NCBI GenBank assembly: GCA_963817955.1
Contig: CAWFQK010000004.1
Coordinates: 896,001-960,000, forward strand
Direction of reading: 5' to 3'
Source: an uncultured Gemmatimonadaceae bacterium
GTDB taxonomy: Bacteria; Gemmatimonadota; Gemmatimonadetes; Gemmatimonadales; Gemmatimonadaceae
Length of the DNA: 64,000 bases
This document shows, in pieces, positions 1 to 9,438 of this stretch. How positions within the stretch are numbered: position 1 is the stretch's first letter; each line of letters starts with the position of its first letter. The notes under the pieces were generated by a model. It was given only the letters and a program-made list of their open reading frames with translations, did not search any database and had not been told where the DNA came from. Made by a program: the position numbers and the translations under genes.

Positions 1-436
1 CGAACTGCCCTTCCGCCGCCAGCGCGATCGCGAGCGCGCCCGATCCGGTACCCACGTCGATGGCGAGGCCACCCGTGGTACCCGACGTGGCGTCGAGCAC
101 GAGATCCACGAGTTGCTCGGTTTCGGGACGCGGAATGAGCACGCGCTCATCGACGTCGAGGGTGAGGTGGCGAAAGGCGGCGCGGCCAACCGCATACGCG
201 AGCGGCGCGCCTTGCAGGCGCCGCTCCACAGCGAGCGTCGCGCGCGCGAGCGTTGGCGCATCCACTTCGACGCCGCCATTCATCAATGGCCAGAACCGCG
301 GCGCGTCGTACAGGCCGGAAACGATCTCACGGGCCTCTGAGAATGCCTCGGGAACGCCTCGCGACGCGAGCCGCCGCGCGAGATCCTCCAGCAACGTGCT
401 GACGGTGACCGTCGTACCGAGGTGTTCCGTGGTCAT
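1..436 (-). CDS. prmC: Release factor glutamine methyltransferase PrmC/HemK, 5' part (runs off window)
   Basis: Manual translation from ATG 436 (ATGA overlap with prfA stop) gives ...VLIPRPETEQLV...DVGTGSGALAIALA; directly downstream of prfA. Confidence 0.93.
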   Translation of the reverse strand, partial: MTTEHLGTTVTVSTLLEDLARRLASRGVPEAFSEAREIVSGLYDAPRFWPLMNGGVEVDAPTLARATLAVERRLQGAPLAYAVGRAAFRHLTLDVDERVLIPRPETEQLVDLVLDATSGTTGGLAIDVGTGSGALAIALAAEGQF

Positions 437-1503
437 TCGTCGGCTCCGAACTGTTCCTCGACGTCGGCGAGCTTCAGCGCTTGGATCAACGGTCCAATGT
501 TCCCGTCCATGAACCCCTGCAGGTCATGGGTCGCCCAGCCGATGCGGTGGTCGGTCACGCGGCTCTGCGGGTAATTATAGGTGCGAATTTTGGCCGAGCG
601 GTCGCCAGTGCCCACTTGGGTACGGCGCATCTTGGACCGCGCCGCCTCCTGCTCGGAGATGCGCAGATCGAGCAGGCGCGCGCGGAGCACTTCCATGGCC
701 TTCAGCTTGTTCTGGAGCTGCGACTTCTGGTCCTGTTGGCTCACGACGAGCCCGGACGGCAGGTGCGTGATGCGGACGGCCGAGTCCGTCGTGTTCACGC
801 TCTGTCCGCCTGGGCCAGATGAACGGAAGACGTCGATCCGGAGATCCTTGTCCTCGATCTTGACGTCGACTTCCTCCGCCTCCGGCAACACGGCAACGGT
901 CGCCGCCGACGTGTGGATGCGGCCCTGGTTCTCGGTGGCGGGCACGCGTTGCACGCGGTGCACCCCCGACTCCCGACGCATGGCACCGTAGGGGCCGTCA
1001 CCTGTAAGCTTAAATATCGCTTTTCTGATTCCGCCGAGCGTCGCCTCGGACATCGACAGCATCTCGATGCCGAAGCCGCCGCGTTCGACGTAGCGCGAGT
1101 ACATGCGGAAGAGGTCGGCGGCAAACAGCGCCGCCTCATCGCCGCCCGTGCCGGCGCTGATCTCGACGATGGCGTTGCGATCGTCGAGCGGATCGCGCGG
1201 CATGAGGGCTGGCGTGAGCCGGGTCTCGAGGTCGGCGATCGTGCCCTCGAGCCGGATCGCCTCGGCTCGAGCCTCGGCGGCCATTTCGGGGTCGTCAACG
1301 GAAACGAGCTCGCGCACCTGCGCGAGCTCGTCCTCGGCCTTCTGCAGCTGCGCCGCCATCGCCACCACCGGCATCAGCCGGCTGTGCTCCCGACCGAGCT
1401 CCGCGAACAGATTGGCATCGCGAAGCCCGCTCGGATTGGCGAGCGCCCGCTCCACTTCTTCGGCGCGGGCGAGGGCGGCCGCTAGACGATCGCGGAGCGC
1501 CAG
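433..1503 (-). CDS. prfA: Peptide chain release factor 1 (start uncertain: CTG 1503 or GTG 1455)
   Basis: GGQ motif (SGPGGQSVNTTDSAVR), PAT tripeptide (VPATENQGRIHTS), GTGGDEA; sits between rpmE and prmC. Confidence 0.96.
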   Translation of the reverse strand: MALRDRLAAALARAEEVERALANPSGLRDANLFAELGREHSRLMPVVAMAAQLQKAEDELAQVRELVSVDDPEMAAEARAEAIRLEGTIADLETRLTPALMPRDPLDDRNAIVEISAGTGGDEAALFAADLFRMYSRYVERGGFGIEMLSMSEATLGGIRKAIFKLTGDGPYGAMRRESGVHRVQRVPATENQGRIHTSAATVAVLPEAEEVDVKIEDKDLRIDVFRSSGPGGQSVNTTDSAVRITHLPSGLVVSQQDQKSQLQNKLKAMEVLRARLLDLRISEQEAARSKMRRTQVGTGDRSAKIRTYNYPQSRVTDHRIGWATHDLQGFMDGNIGPLIQALKLADVEEQFGADE

Positions 1504-1510
1504 GAGCGTC

Positions 1511-1729
1511 TCAGTTCGATGCCGCGGCCGTGTGCTTCGCGAACTTCTGACGGAAGCGCTCGACACGGCCAGCCGTGTCCATCAGACGCTGCTTGCCCGT
1601 GAAGAACGGGTGACAGTTCGCGCAGACGTCCGTGTGAATCTCCGCCTGGGTCGACCGGGTCAGAAATGTATTGCCGCAGGCGCACTTGACAGTCGCCGTC
1701 GCGTATTCGGGATGGATGTCGCTCTTCAC
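1511..1729 (-). CDS. rpmE: 50S ribosomal protein L31, Zn-binding type
   Basis: MKSDIHPEY...CACGN...[14 protein letters not shown]...GRVERF; GAGG SD before GTG 1729. Confidence 0.96.
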   Translation of the reverse strand: MKSDIHPEYATATVKCACGNTFLTRSTQAEIHTDVCANCHPFFTGKQRLMDTAGRVERFRQKFAKHTAAASN

Positions 1730-1830
1730 GAGAACCTCGTCATTGCGTGGGGCGTCGAAACACGGAGCGTGAAACGCAACCGCGTTCCGCAACCTCCGCG
1801 GGCATTACGCCCGGGTTTGAATAGCTTGGT

Positions 1831-1860
1831 AATATACCCATTACGAGCCCTAACAGACAA
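1831..1860 (-). promoter_or_regulatory. Putative sigma70 promoter of rpmE-prfA-prmC
   Basis: Minus strand TTGTCT-18nt-TATATT in an AT-richer intergenic region. Confidence 0.5.
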
Positions 1861-1900
1861 GGCGACAAGCATTTGGGAATCCAGTGGCCCGCCTCTTGTG

Positions 1901-1924
1901 TGTCTCGTTGTCCCGTTGTCTCGT
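1901..1924. repeat. 3x 8-bp TGTCYCGT tandem (octamer variant of the heptamer family)
   Basis: TGTCTCGT TGTCCCGT TGTCTCGT. Confidence 0.55.
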
Positions 1925-2038
1925 ATCCCACGTAACCGCTTACATTTTGACAACTTCCAACGCACGGGCTAACTTCGCGCCGATTTGTGGGGCGCCGTCG
2001 TCCCTCGCCCTTGGATCGTGCACCCTGGCCCAATCTTC

Positions 2039-2716
2039 GTGACCACCACGGCCGACTTCCTGGCAACGGTGCCGTTGTTCAACGGCCTCGACCACACCGA
2101 GCTGCAGCGATTCGCCGAGCTGACGCGGGAAAAATTCTATCCCAAGGGCAGCGTCATCCTGTTCGAGAACGACCCCGGTGACTCGTTGTTCGTCGTTCGG
2201 CAGGGTCGCGTCAAAGTGGTACTCATTGGCGAGGACGGACGCGAAGTCATCCTCGGCGTGCTCGGCGTGAGCGAACACTTCGGCGAGCTCGCGTTGATCG
2301 ATGATCGCCCGCGCTCGGCGCACGTCATCGCCATGGAAGACTCGCATCTGCTCGTCCTCCGGCGCGAGGATTTCCGCAAGCGCGTCGAATCGTCTCCGGC
2401 GGTCGCCTGGTCACTGCTCACGGAACTGTCGCGCCGTCTGCGTCGCGCTGATGAAAAGATCGGCGGCCTCGTGCTGCTCGACGTCCCCGGCCGTATCGCG
2501 CGCCTGCTGCTCGACCTCTCGTCGGAAGGAGGCAGCGACACCATCCAAAAACCGCTCACGCATCAGACGATCGCCCAGATGATCGGCGCGAGCCGCGAGA
2601 CCGTATCGCGCGCGATCAAGGACTTTCAGGAGGCCCATTGGCTGACCGTGGAGCGGCGGCGTATCACCATTGCAGACCGCCCGGCGCTCGAGAAACGAGC
2701 TCAGGCCAAGCTGTAA
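2039..2716 (+). CDS. Crp/Fnr family transcriptional regulator
   Basis: cNMP-binding motif FGELALID..PRSA; HTH LTHQTIAQMIGASRETVSR. Confidence 0.93.
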   Translation: MTTTADFLATVPLFNGLDHTELQRFAELTREKFYPKGSVILFENDPGDSLFVVRQGRVKVVLIGEDGREVILGVLGVSEHFGELALIDDRPRSAHVIAMEDSHLLVLRREDFRKRVESSPAVAWSLLTELSRRLRRADEKIGGLVLLDVPGRIARLLLDLSSEGGSDTIQKPLTHQTIAQMIGASRETVSRAIKDFQEAHWLTVERRRITIADRPALEKRAQAKL

Positions 2717-2728
2717 ATGCCGGTGGGA

Positions 2729-2744
2729 TGTGATCATGGTCACG
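2729..2744. promoter_or_regulatory. CRP/GlxR-type binding site
   Basis: TGTGA-TCATGG-TCACG, 9/10 match to TGTGA-N6-TCACA, 12 nt after the crp stop. Confidence 0.65.
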
Positions 2745-2822
2745 TCCCACGCGTGACTTCCTTCCTGGTCCTGTTCGGTTCGCTTCCCCCATATTGCTGC
2801 TGAGCCCTGAGACACTGCGTAC

Positions 2823-3698
2823 ATGACTTTGCTTTTGCGGTTCTGGGGAGTTCGTGGTTCCATTCCCTCCCCCGGGCCTCGGACCGCGCAGTACGGCGGC
2901 AACACACCATGTGTGGAGGTGCGAACCAAGTCCGGTGGGCTAGTGATCCTCGACGCCGGAACGGGGCTGCGCGAGTTGGGACGTTCCCTGGTCGCTCAGG
3001 AAGGTGGCACCGCAGTCATTGCCGACATTTTTTTGACGCACGCACATTGGGATCATATCCAGGGTATTCCCTTCTTCGCTCCACTCTTTGAGCGCGGCAA
3101 CCGGTTCACGATCTGGAGCTCGAAGGTGTTGGCGGTAGCGGGCGGCGCCGAGCAGGTCGTTCGCGATCAGATGGGGCCGGTCGTCTTTCCAGTATCCTTC
3201 GATGAACTGAAGGCGCAGGTCGATTTCCGTGAGATCGCCGAGGAGCAACGGATCGGGAACGGGTATGTCGTCACTGCGTTTCCAGTGCAGCATCCGGGCG
3301 GCGCTGTGGGGTACCGGTTCGCTGATGCAGCAACCGGTGAATCGTTCGTCTATATCTCGGACAACGAGCTCGCGTCGACCGGCGGACCTGGCACGGACGC
3401 GAACTGGCGGACAAGGCTGGTGGAGTTCGTACGCGGGTCACAGCTGCTCATTCACGACGCGACGTACACCAATGACGAGTACCAGGGCCGCCGCGGTTGG
3501 GGGCACTCGACGTACGACGAGGCGGTGGCGTTGGCGCTCGACGCCGGAGTGGACGAGCTCGTGCTGTTCCACCACAACCCCGAGCGTTCGGACGATGAAT
3601 TGGGCCATCACGTGGCAGCCTGCCAGGCGATGGTCAGGGCGCTGGGCAACCCCCTGAGGGTGCGGGCTGCTGCGGAAGGAATGACGTTGCGCGTATGA
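2823..3698 (+). CDS. MBL-fold metallo-hydrolase (RNase Z/phosphodiesterase-like)
   Basis: FWGVRGS, YGGNTPC, DAGTG, THAHWDHIQG, HDATY, WGHS, LFHH. Confidence 0.88.
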   Translation: MTLLLRFWGVRGSIPSPGPRTAQYGGNTPCVEVRTKSGGLVILDAGTGLRELGRSLVAQEGGTAVIADIFLTHAHWDHIQGIPFFAPLFERGNRFTIWSSKVLAVAGGAEQVVRDQMGPVVFPVSFDELKAQVDFREIAEEQRIGNGYVVTAFPVQHPGGAVGYRFADAATGESFVYISDNELASTGGPGTDANWRTRLVEFVRGSQLLIHDATYTNDEYQGRRGWGHSTYDEAVALALDAGVDELVLFHHNPERSDDELGHHVAACQAMVRALGNPLRVRAAAEGMTLRV

Positions 3699-3727
3699 TC
3701 ATCGATTTCGTGTCTCAGGAGGACACC

Positions 3728-4558
3728 ATGCTGCGTTCGCTATCGCATCGCATTTCTTGTCTGGCCGTCGTGGTGACGCTCGCCCTGCCGGCCGCCGCGC
3801 TGGCGCAGGCCGATACGCGGCCAGTCGTCGTGGTGTTCACGTTCACGAACAGCTCGATCGGTGCCGGCCGCGCCGATTTCGACGGTATCTCGACGGGCGT
3901 GCAGGATCTGCTCATCACGGATATCGCATCGAACGACAAGGTCCGGCTCGTCGACCGCAGCCGCATCGACGCGGTGCTGCGTGAACAAAACATGGTCAAG
4001 GCGGGCCAGATCGAGGCGCAGACGGCGGTGCGGATCGGCAAGATCATGGGCGCGCAGTACGCGATCGTTGGCGGCTTCATGGCGGACGGACACGGAACAG
4101 CAGTGCTCACGGCAAGCACGATCGACATCGAGACAACGCAGATCGCCAATCCGCAGAAGATCACGGGAAAGTCAGATGACGTCCTGGCAATGATCGGGCA
4201 GTTGTCGACACGCCTGGCAAAGGACCTGGTGCTCGCACCGAAACCAGGGCGTCGCGTCGGTGATGGCGGTGAGACCGGCGCCAAGAGCGCGCCAGCCCAG
4301 AGCGGCGCGCCATCGGGAACGGCAAAGTCCGCCGCGGTCGAGACCTATGCGCTGGTCGTGCCGTCGCCCGTGGTGGCATCGACGATGAAGACCAAGCTCG
4401 ACATCGCCACGATGAAGGTGTACTCCACGGCGCTCGACGAGATGGACAAGAAGAACACGGCGAAGGCGGTGGAGCTGTTCAGGCAGGTGCGCGCCAAGTT
4501 TCCTACTTTCGAACCGGCCAAGCGGAACCTGGAAAAGCTCGGCGCCGCGACGGGCTGA
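3728..4558 (+). CDS. Exported CsgG/HfaB-like protein with C-terminal TPR-like helices
   Basis: AGGAGG SD; signal peptide ending ALA; LVDRSRIDAVLREQ...TAVRIGKIMGAQY pattern. Confidence 0.7.
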   Translation: MLRSLSHRISCLAVVVTLALPAAALAQADTRPVVVVFTFTNSSIGAGRADFDGISTGVQDLLITDIASNDKVRLVDRSRIDAVLREQNMVKAGQIEAQTAVRIGKIMGAQYAIVGGFMADGHGTAVLTASTIDIETTQIANPQKITGKSDDVLAMIGQLSTRLAKDLVLAPKPGRRVGDGGETGAKSAPAQSGAPSGTAKSAAVETYALVVPSPVVASTMKTKLDIATMKVYSTALDEMDKKNTAKAVELFRQVRAKFPTFEPAKRNLEKLGAATG

Positions 4559-4584
4559 ACCCGCCAGTCCCGATTGTCACCGTG

Positions 4585-4611
4585 GGTTGGGCGCGGCGGG
4601 CGCGCCCAACC
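4585..4611. other. GC-rich hairpin, possible terminator or stability element
   Basis: GGTTGGGCGCG-GCGGG-CGCGCCCAACC; no U tail. Confidence 0.4.
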
Positions 4612-4729
4612 ACGACCGTGATGTTGTCCGACCCGCCGCGATCGAGGGCCAGAGCCACCAGCGCCCGGCAGGCGATGTTCGGCGTCCAGGAGGCTGGCCC
4701 GATCCCCGTGCTCTGGGTACGTTAGCGTT

Positions 4730-6690
4730 GTGAAGCCTCTGCTCATCACTGCCATCGGGCGCACGATCTCTTCGACGCCCTTGGGTCGCCGGGAAGGCGA
4801 TGTCGAGGTGCGGCGGGTTCCCGCACTTCCAACGGCCTCGACGATCGATGTCGGCCGGCCCACGGTCATTCTGCTCGATCACGCACTAGTAGCGAGCGCG
4901 GGCGGAGATGCGAAACGACTGGCGGAGCTGGCTGGCGTCGCCGCACTCGTTGGGTTGGGCTACCCGGGTGAGGCAGAGCCGCCGCAGGATTATCCCTCCG
5001 AGCTCCTGACCGGGTATCTGCCGGCCGACGCAGCGGCCGGAACAATCATCGCCATGCTCCGCGGCGGGTTTCGTCATGCCGCGGTCATGGTGGCCGAGCG
5101 CCGCGCGCGCGCCGCGCAGGACGAGCGCCATCGCGAGCTCACCGAGCTGACAGCGGTCGGCGTCGCGCTGTCGACGCAGCGCGACCTGCTCACCCTGCTC
5201 GAGATGATCCTCAGCCATGCGCGGCGCATCACGACGTCGGACGCCGGTTCGCTCTATCTCACCGACCGGGCCGACCACAGCGGGGCGCCGGACACTTTGC
5301 GCTTCAAGCTCTCGCAGAACCATACGCTGCCCGCGCTGCCGCTCACCGAGTTCACCGTTCCCATCGATCACACGAGCCTCGCCGGGTACACAGCGGCAAC
5401 CGGCCAGCCCCTGGCGATCGCCGACGTGTACCTGCTGCCGGACGACGTCACGTACACCCAGAACCGGAGCTTTGACGAGAAGTTCGGCTACCGCACGAAA
5501 TCGATGCTCGTGATTCCGATGAAGACACATCGCGATGAGATCATCGGCGTGCTCCAACTCATCAATCGCAAGCGGTCCGTCGATGATCGGCTCACGACCA
5601 GCGACGTGGTCGAGGAACAAGTGATTCCTTACGACCAGCGGGCCGAGGAGCTGGTGAGCGCGCTCGCGTCGCAGGCCGCGGTGGCGATCGAGAACAGCCG
5701 GTTATACGAAGACATCGAGCGCCTGTTCGAAGGATTCGTCACCGCGGCAGTGACGGCAATCGAATCGCGCGATCCCACCACCTCCGGCCATTCCGACCGC
5801 GTGGCGTTCATGACGGTGAGCCTCGCCGAAGCACTGGATCGCGTCGGCGTCGGGCCGTACAAGGGCGTCCAGTTCACGCGCGCGCAACTGCGCGAGTTGC
5901 GGTATGCCGGATTGTTGCACGACTTCGGCAAGGTCGGCGTCCGCGAGCAGGTGCTCGTGAAGCAGAAGAAGCTGTACCCGCACGACCTCGAAATCATCCG
6001 CAGCCGCTTCGCCTATCTCCTGCAAAGCGCCGATCTCGATTTCGAGCGCGGGCGTGCCGAGGTGCTCATGCTGGAGGGCCGCGCCGGCCTCGACGAGGCG
6101 CTGGACCGGTTGCAGTGCGCGCGGCAGTCTACGCGGGACGAGCTGCACCGTGCCCTCGCCGCCATCGTGACGCGCAAACGAGCCGACGATTCTGCCCGAG
6201 GGGACCTTTGAGGAACTGCACGCGATCAACCAACGCACGTACACCGACTTCGAGGGTGCCGAGCGCCTACTGCTCGCCGATCACGAGCTGCAGTTCCTCA
6301 TGATTCGCAAGGGCACGCTGGATGATAGCGAGCGGCTCGAGATCGAGTCGCATGTCACGCATACGTATCGGTTCCTCGAGCAGATTCCCTGGACGCGAGA
6401 GCTTCGGGGCATCCCGGAGATCGCCTACGGTCATCACGAAAAGCTCAACGGCACGCGGTTATCCCCGTGCCATCGGTGCCGACGCCATCTCATTGCAGAC
6501 GCGTATGATGACCATTGCCGACATCTTCGACGCGCTCACGGCCAGCGACCGCCCGTACAAGCGCGCCATCCCCTGGGCGCGTGCACTCGACATTCTGCGC
6601 ATGGAAGCCCGGGAGGGGATGCTCGATGAGCATTTGCTCACGAGCTTCGTCGAGGCGCGCGTGTACGAGAGTGTGTTGTCGGGCGCCTGA
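4730..6690 (+). CDS. GAF + HD-GYP cyclic-di-nucleotide phosphodiesterase; two +1 frameshifts (~6170, ~6457)
   Basis: GAF ([22 protein letters not shown]), HDFGK, and [11 protein letters not shown] across the frameshift; removing 2 nt gives a 652-aa ORF. Confidence 0.88.
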
Positions 6691-6702
6691 CGCACGGACG
6701 GC

Positions 6703-7407
6703 ATGCACGTCTCCCCTCTCGGCGACCGGGCGGTCCTGATTACCCTTGGCGTGGCGATCGACGAGGCGACGCACCGGCGCGTGCGCGCCGTGACGGCGCG
6801 CGTGAGCGGCGCGCGGCACGCCGGCGTCACCGATATCGTTCCCGCGTTCGTCAGCGTCACGGTGCACTATGATCCGTGCGCCTTTGCCAGCGCGGACGCG
6901 TCTCCATTCGAAGCGGTGACCGCGTGGCTGCAACAGACGCTTGCCGGCGTGCGTCCCGACGAACTCCCGGCGCCACGCGTGGTAGAGATCCCGGTCTGCT
7001 ACGGCGGCGCGTTCGGTCCCGACCTCGACGACGTGGCACGCCAGCACGCGCTGTCCCCGGAACAGGTGGTGCACCTCCACACGGGCGGCGACTACCTGGT
7101 GTACATGGTTGGATTCATGCCGGGCTTCGCCTACCTCGGCGGTTTGCCAGATGCGATCGCGACGCCGCGCCGGTCGTCGCCGCGGACGGCCGTTCCCGCC
7201 GGCACGGTCGGGATTGGCGGCCAGCAGACCGGCGTCTATCCACTCGAGTCGCCTGGCGGATGGAATCTCATCGGTCGAACGCCGTTGCGCGTGTTTGACA
7301 TCGAGCGACCGGAACCCGCCCTGCTCGTCACCGGCGACCGCGTACGGTTTCGCGCCATTTCGCTCGACGAATTTCAGCGCTGGACGCCGGACGAGGTGAT
7401 GGCGTGA
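6703..7407 (+). CDS. pxpB: 5-oxoprolinase subunit B
   Basis: EIPVCYGG.FGPDL, GFMPGFAYLG, YPLESPGGWNLIGRT. Confidence 0.92.
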   Translation: MHVSPLGDRAVLITLGVAIDEATHRRVRAVTARVSGARHAGVTDIVPAFVSVTVHYDPCAFASADASPFEAVTAWLQQTLAGVRPDELPAPRVVEIPVCYGGAFGPDLDDVARQHALSPEQVVHLHTGGDYLVYMVGFMPGFAYLGGLPDAIATPRRSSPRTAVPAGTVGIGGQQTGVYPLESPGGWNLIGRTPLRVFDIERPEPALLVTGDRVRFRAISLDEFQRWTPDEVMA

Positions 7408-8417
7408 GCGTACACATCGTCACGGCAGGGCTGCAGACCACCGTCCAGGACTTGGGCCGCGTGGGACATCAGGCGGACGGAGTGCCGGCTGGCGGCGCCA
7501 TGGATCGCGCGGCGCTGCGCGCCGGCAACGCGCTGGTCGGCAATGACGAGGGCGCCGCTGGTCTCGAGGCAACGCTCATCGCTCCAACGATCACGTTCGA
7601 CCAGCCGACGCTGATCGCGCTCACCGGAGGCGAGTTCGACGCGACCGTGGACGGTACGTCCGTCGGTACCTGGCGTCCGCTGTACCTGCCTGCTGGCGCC
7701 ACGCTGCGGTTCGGACATGCGCGCGTCGGCTGCCGCGTCTACCTGCTCGTGGCGGGCGGCGTGGACGCGCCACCGGTGTTCGGCAGCCACAGCACCTATC
7801 TGCGCGGTGGTTTCGGGGGCTGCAGCGGGCGGGCACTGCGCGCCGGGGACGTGCTCGCCACTGGCACGCCGTCGGCGCTGTCGCGCACGATCGCGCAGTC
7901 GTTCGGCGATATCGGCAGCGTTGCCGTCGCAAAGTGGAACGTTCATGGCACCCTCCGGCCCCGCTACAGCGATAGTGCAGTCGTCCACGTGCTGCCGGGA
8001 GCGCATCTCGACGCCCTCGACGACGCGTCGCGGGCGTGCATGTTCGGCGAGGCGTTCCGCGTGTCGTCGAGCTCCGATCGAATGGGCTATCGCTTGGAGG
8101 GAACGCCGCTCGCCTTGCAGGCGCCGATCGAGATCCTCTCCGAAGGAGTGGCGTTCGGCACCGTGCAACTACCACCTGGCGGCGCGCCCATCATCCTCAT
8201 GGCCGACCGGCAAACCACGGGCGGCTATCCCCGCATCGCCGAGGTAGCGAGCATCGACTTGCCGATCATGGCGCAACTCCGCCCCGGCGATCGCGTTCGC
8301 TTCGTGCCAATACCCATCGGTGAAGCCCAGCGACTGTACCTTGAGCAGGAGCAGGATCTGGCGCAGGCACGTTTTGCCATCGCGCTGCGACATCCCCATC
8401 ACCGTGCAACGCCATGA
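7404..8417 (+). CDS. pxpC: 5-oxoprolinase subunit C
   Basis: TTVQDLGR, SDRMGYRL, DRQTTGGYPRI. Confidence 0.92.
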   Translation: MSVHIVTAGLQTTVQDLGRVGHQADGVPAGGAMDRAALRAGNALVGNDEGAAGLEATLIAPTITFDQPTLIALTGGEFDATVDGTSVGTWRPLYLPAGATLRFGHARVGCRVYLLVAGGVDAPPVFGSHSTYLRGGFGGCSGRALRAGDVLATGTPSALSRTIAQSFGDIGSVAVAKWNVHGTLRPRYSDSAVVHVLPGAHLDALDDASRACMFGEAFRVSSSSDRMGYRLEGTPLALQAPIEILSEGVAFGTVQLPPGGAPIILMADRQTTGGYPRIAEVASIDLPIMAQLRPGDRVRFVPIPIGEAQRLYLEQEQDLAQARFAIALRHPHHRATP

Positions 8418-9178
8418 CCACTCGAGTGGATCTGAACTGCGACATGGGTGAGAGCTTCGGCGCGTACCGCATTGGCGCCGACGACGATGTTCTTCCTTTC
8501 ATCACGTCCGCGAACGTGGCGTGCGGGTTTCACGGTGGTGATCCCTCCGTGATGCGATCGACCATCGCGCACGCCCAGCAGCGTGGCGTGGCCGTCGGCG
8601 CACATCCGGGATTACCAGATCTCATCGGCTTCGGGCGTCGGTCCATGGACATCACGCCCGACGACGTGTACGACCTCGTCGTCTACCAGATCGGTGCGCT
8701 GCTCGGATTCGCCCTGGCGGCGGGCGTGATCGTTCAACATGTGAAAGCGCACGGCGCGCTGTACAACATGGCGGTCGGACGCGCCGATCTTTCGTCGGCG
8801 ATCGCGCGCGCCGTACGCGACGTCGATCGCGGTCTCGTGTTGTTCGGCTTGCCCGGGAGCCACCTGATCAGCGAGGGCAAGGCGGCGGCACTCAAAACGG
8901 CCTGCGAAGCGTTCGCCGATCGGAACTACATGCCCGACGGTTCGCTGGTCTCGCGACGACGCCCCGACGCGCAGGTTCACGACGCAGATGAGGCAGTCGC
9001 GCGCGCCCTCCGCATGGTACGCGAGGGCAAGGTGCGGACGATCGAGGGGACGGACCTCGACATCCAGGCCGACACGATCTGCATTCACGGCGACGGTCCC
9101 CATGCCGCAGAATTCGCCGAGCGCCTGCGGACGAGCTTCGAAGCCGCGGACATCGAGGTGAAAGCAGTAGGGCGATAG
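8414..9178 (+). CDS. pxpA: 5-oxoprolinase subunit A (LamB/YcsF)
   Basis: DLNCDMGESFG, ANVACGFHGGDP, HVKAHGALYN, ICIHGD. Confidence 0.94.
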   Translation: MTTRVDLNCDMGESFGAYRIGADDDVLPFITSANVACGFHGGDPSVMRSTIAHAQQRGVAVGAHPGLPDLIGFGRRSMDITPDDVYDLVVYQIGALLGFALAAGVIVQHVKAHGALYNMAVGRADLSSAIARAVRDVDRGLVLFGLPGSHLISEGKAAALKTACEAFADRNYMPDGSLVSRRRPDAQVHDADEAVARALRMVREGKVRTIEGTDLDIQADTICIHGDGPHAAEFAERLRTSFEAADIEVKAVGR

Positions 9179-9223
9179 CGCAGCAGCTCCACTACACCTA
9201 CGAAAGACCTTCAGGGAGGGAAG

Positions 9224-9338
9224 TCGGGTTGGGCTCCGTGTTTTGACGGGCGGGATGTCGCTGGCGGCTCCGTAGCGGTCGGCCCACCGGTCGGCGAGTT
9301 TCGAGTTGCCAGTTGTAAGTGATGCGTGGTGCGTTTTT
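9224..9338 (+). repeat. ~113-bp dispersed element, copy A
   Basis: Gapless alignment to copies B and C (14 mismatches to C over 111 nt). Confidence 0.9.
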
Positions 9339-9392
9339 AAAAACTCACAACTCACAACTCACAACTGGACACCCGCACCTCGCCGACCGGCG
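9339..9392 (-). repeat. Inverted partial copy A' forming a long palindrome with copy A
   Basis: 9287-9338 mirrors 9339-9390 around TTTTT|AAAAA. Confidence 0.85.
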
Positions 9393-9438
9393 ATAGTGGC
9401 CTGCGAGCCAGGCGCCCTGGTGCGCATGACCTGTATAC

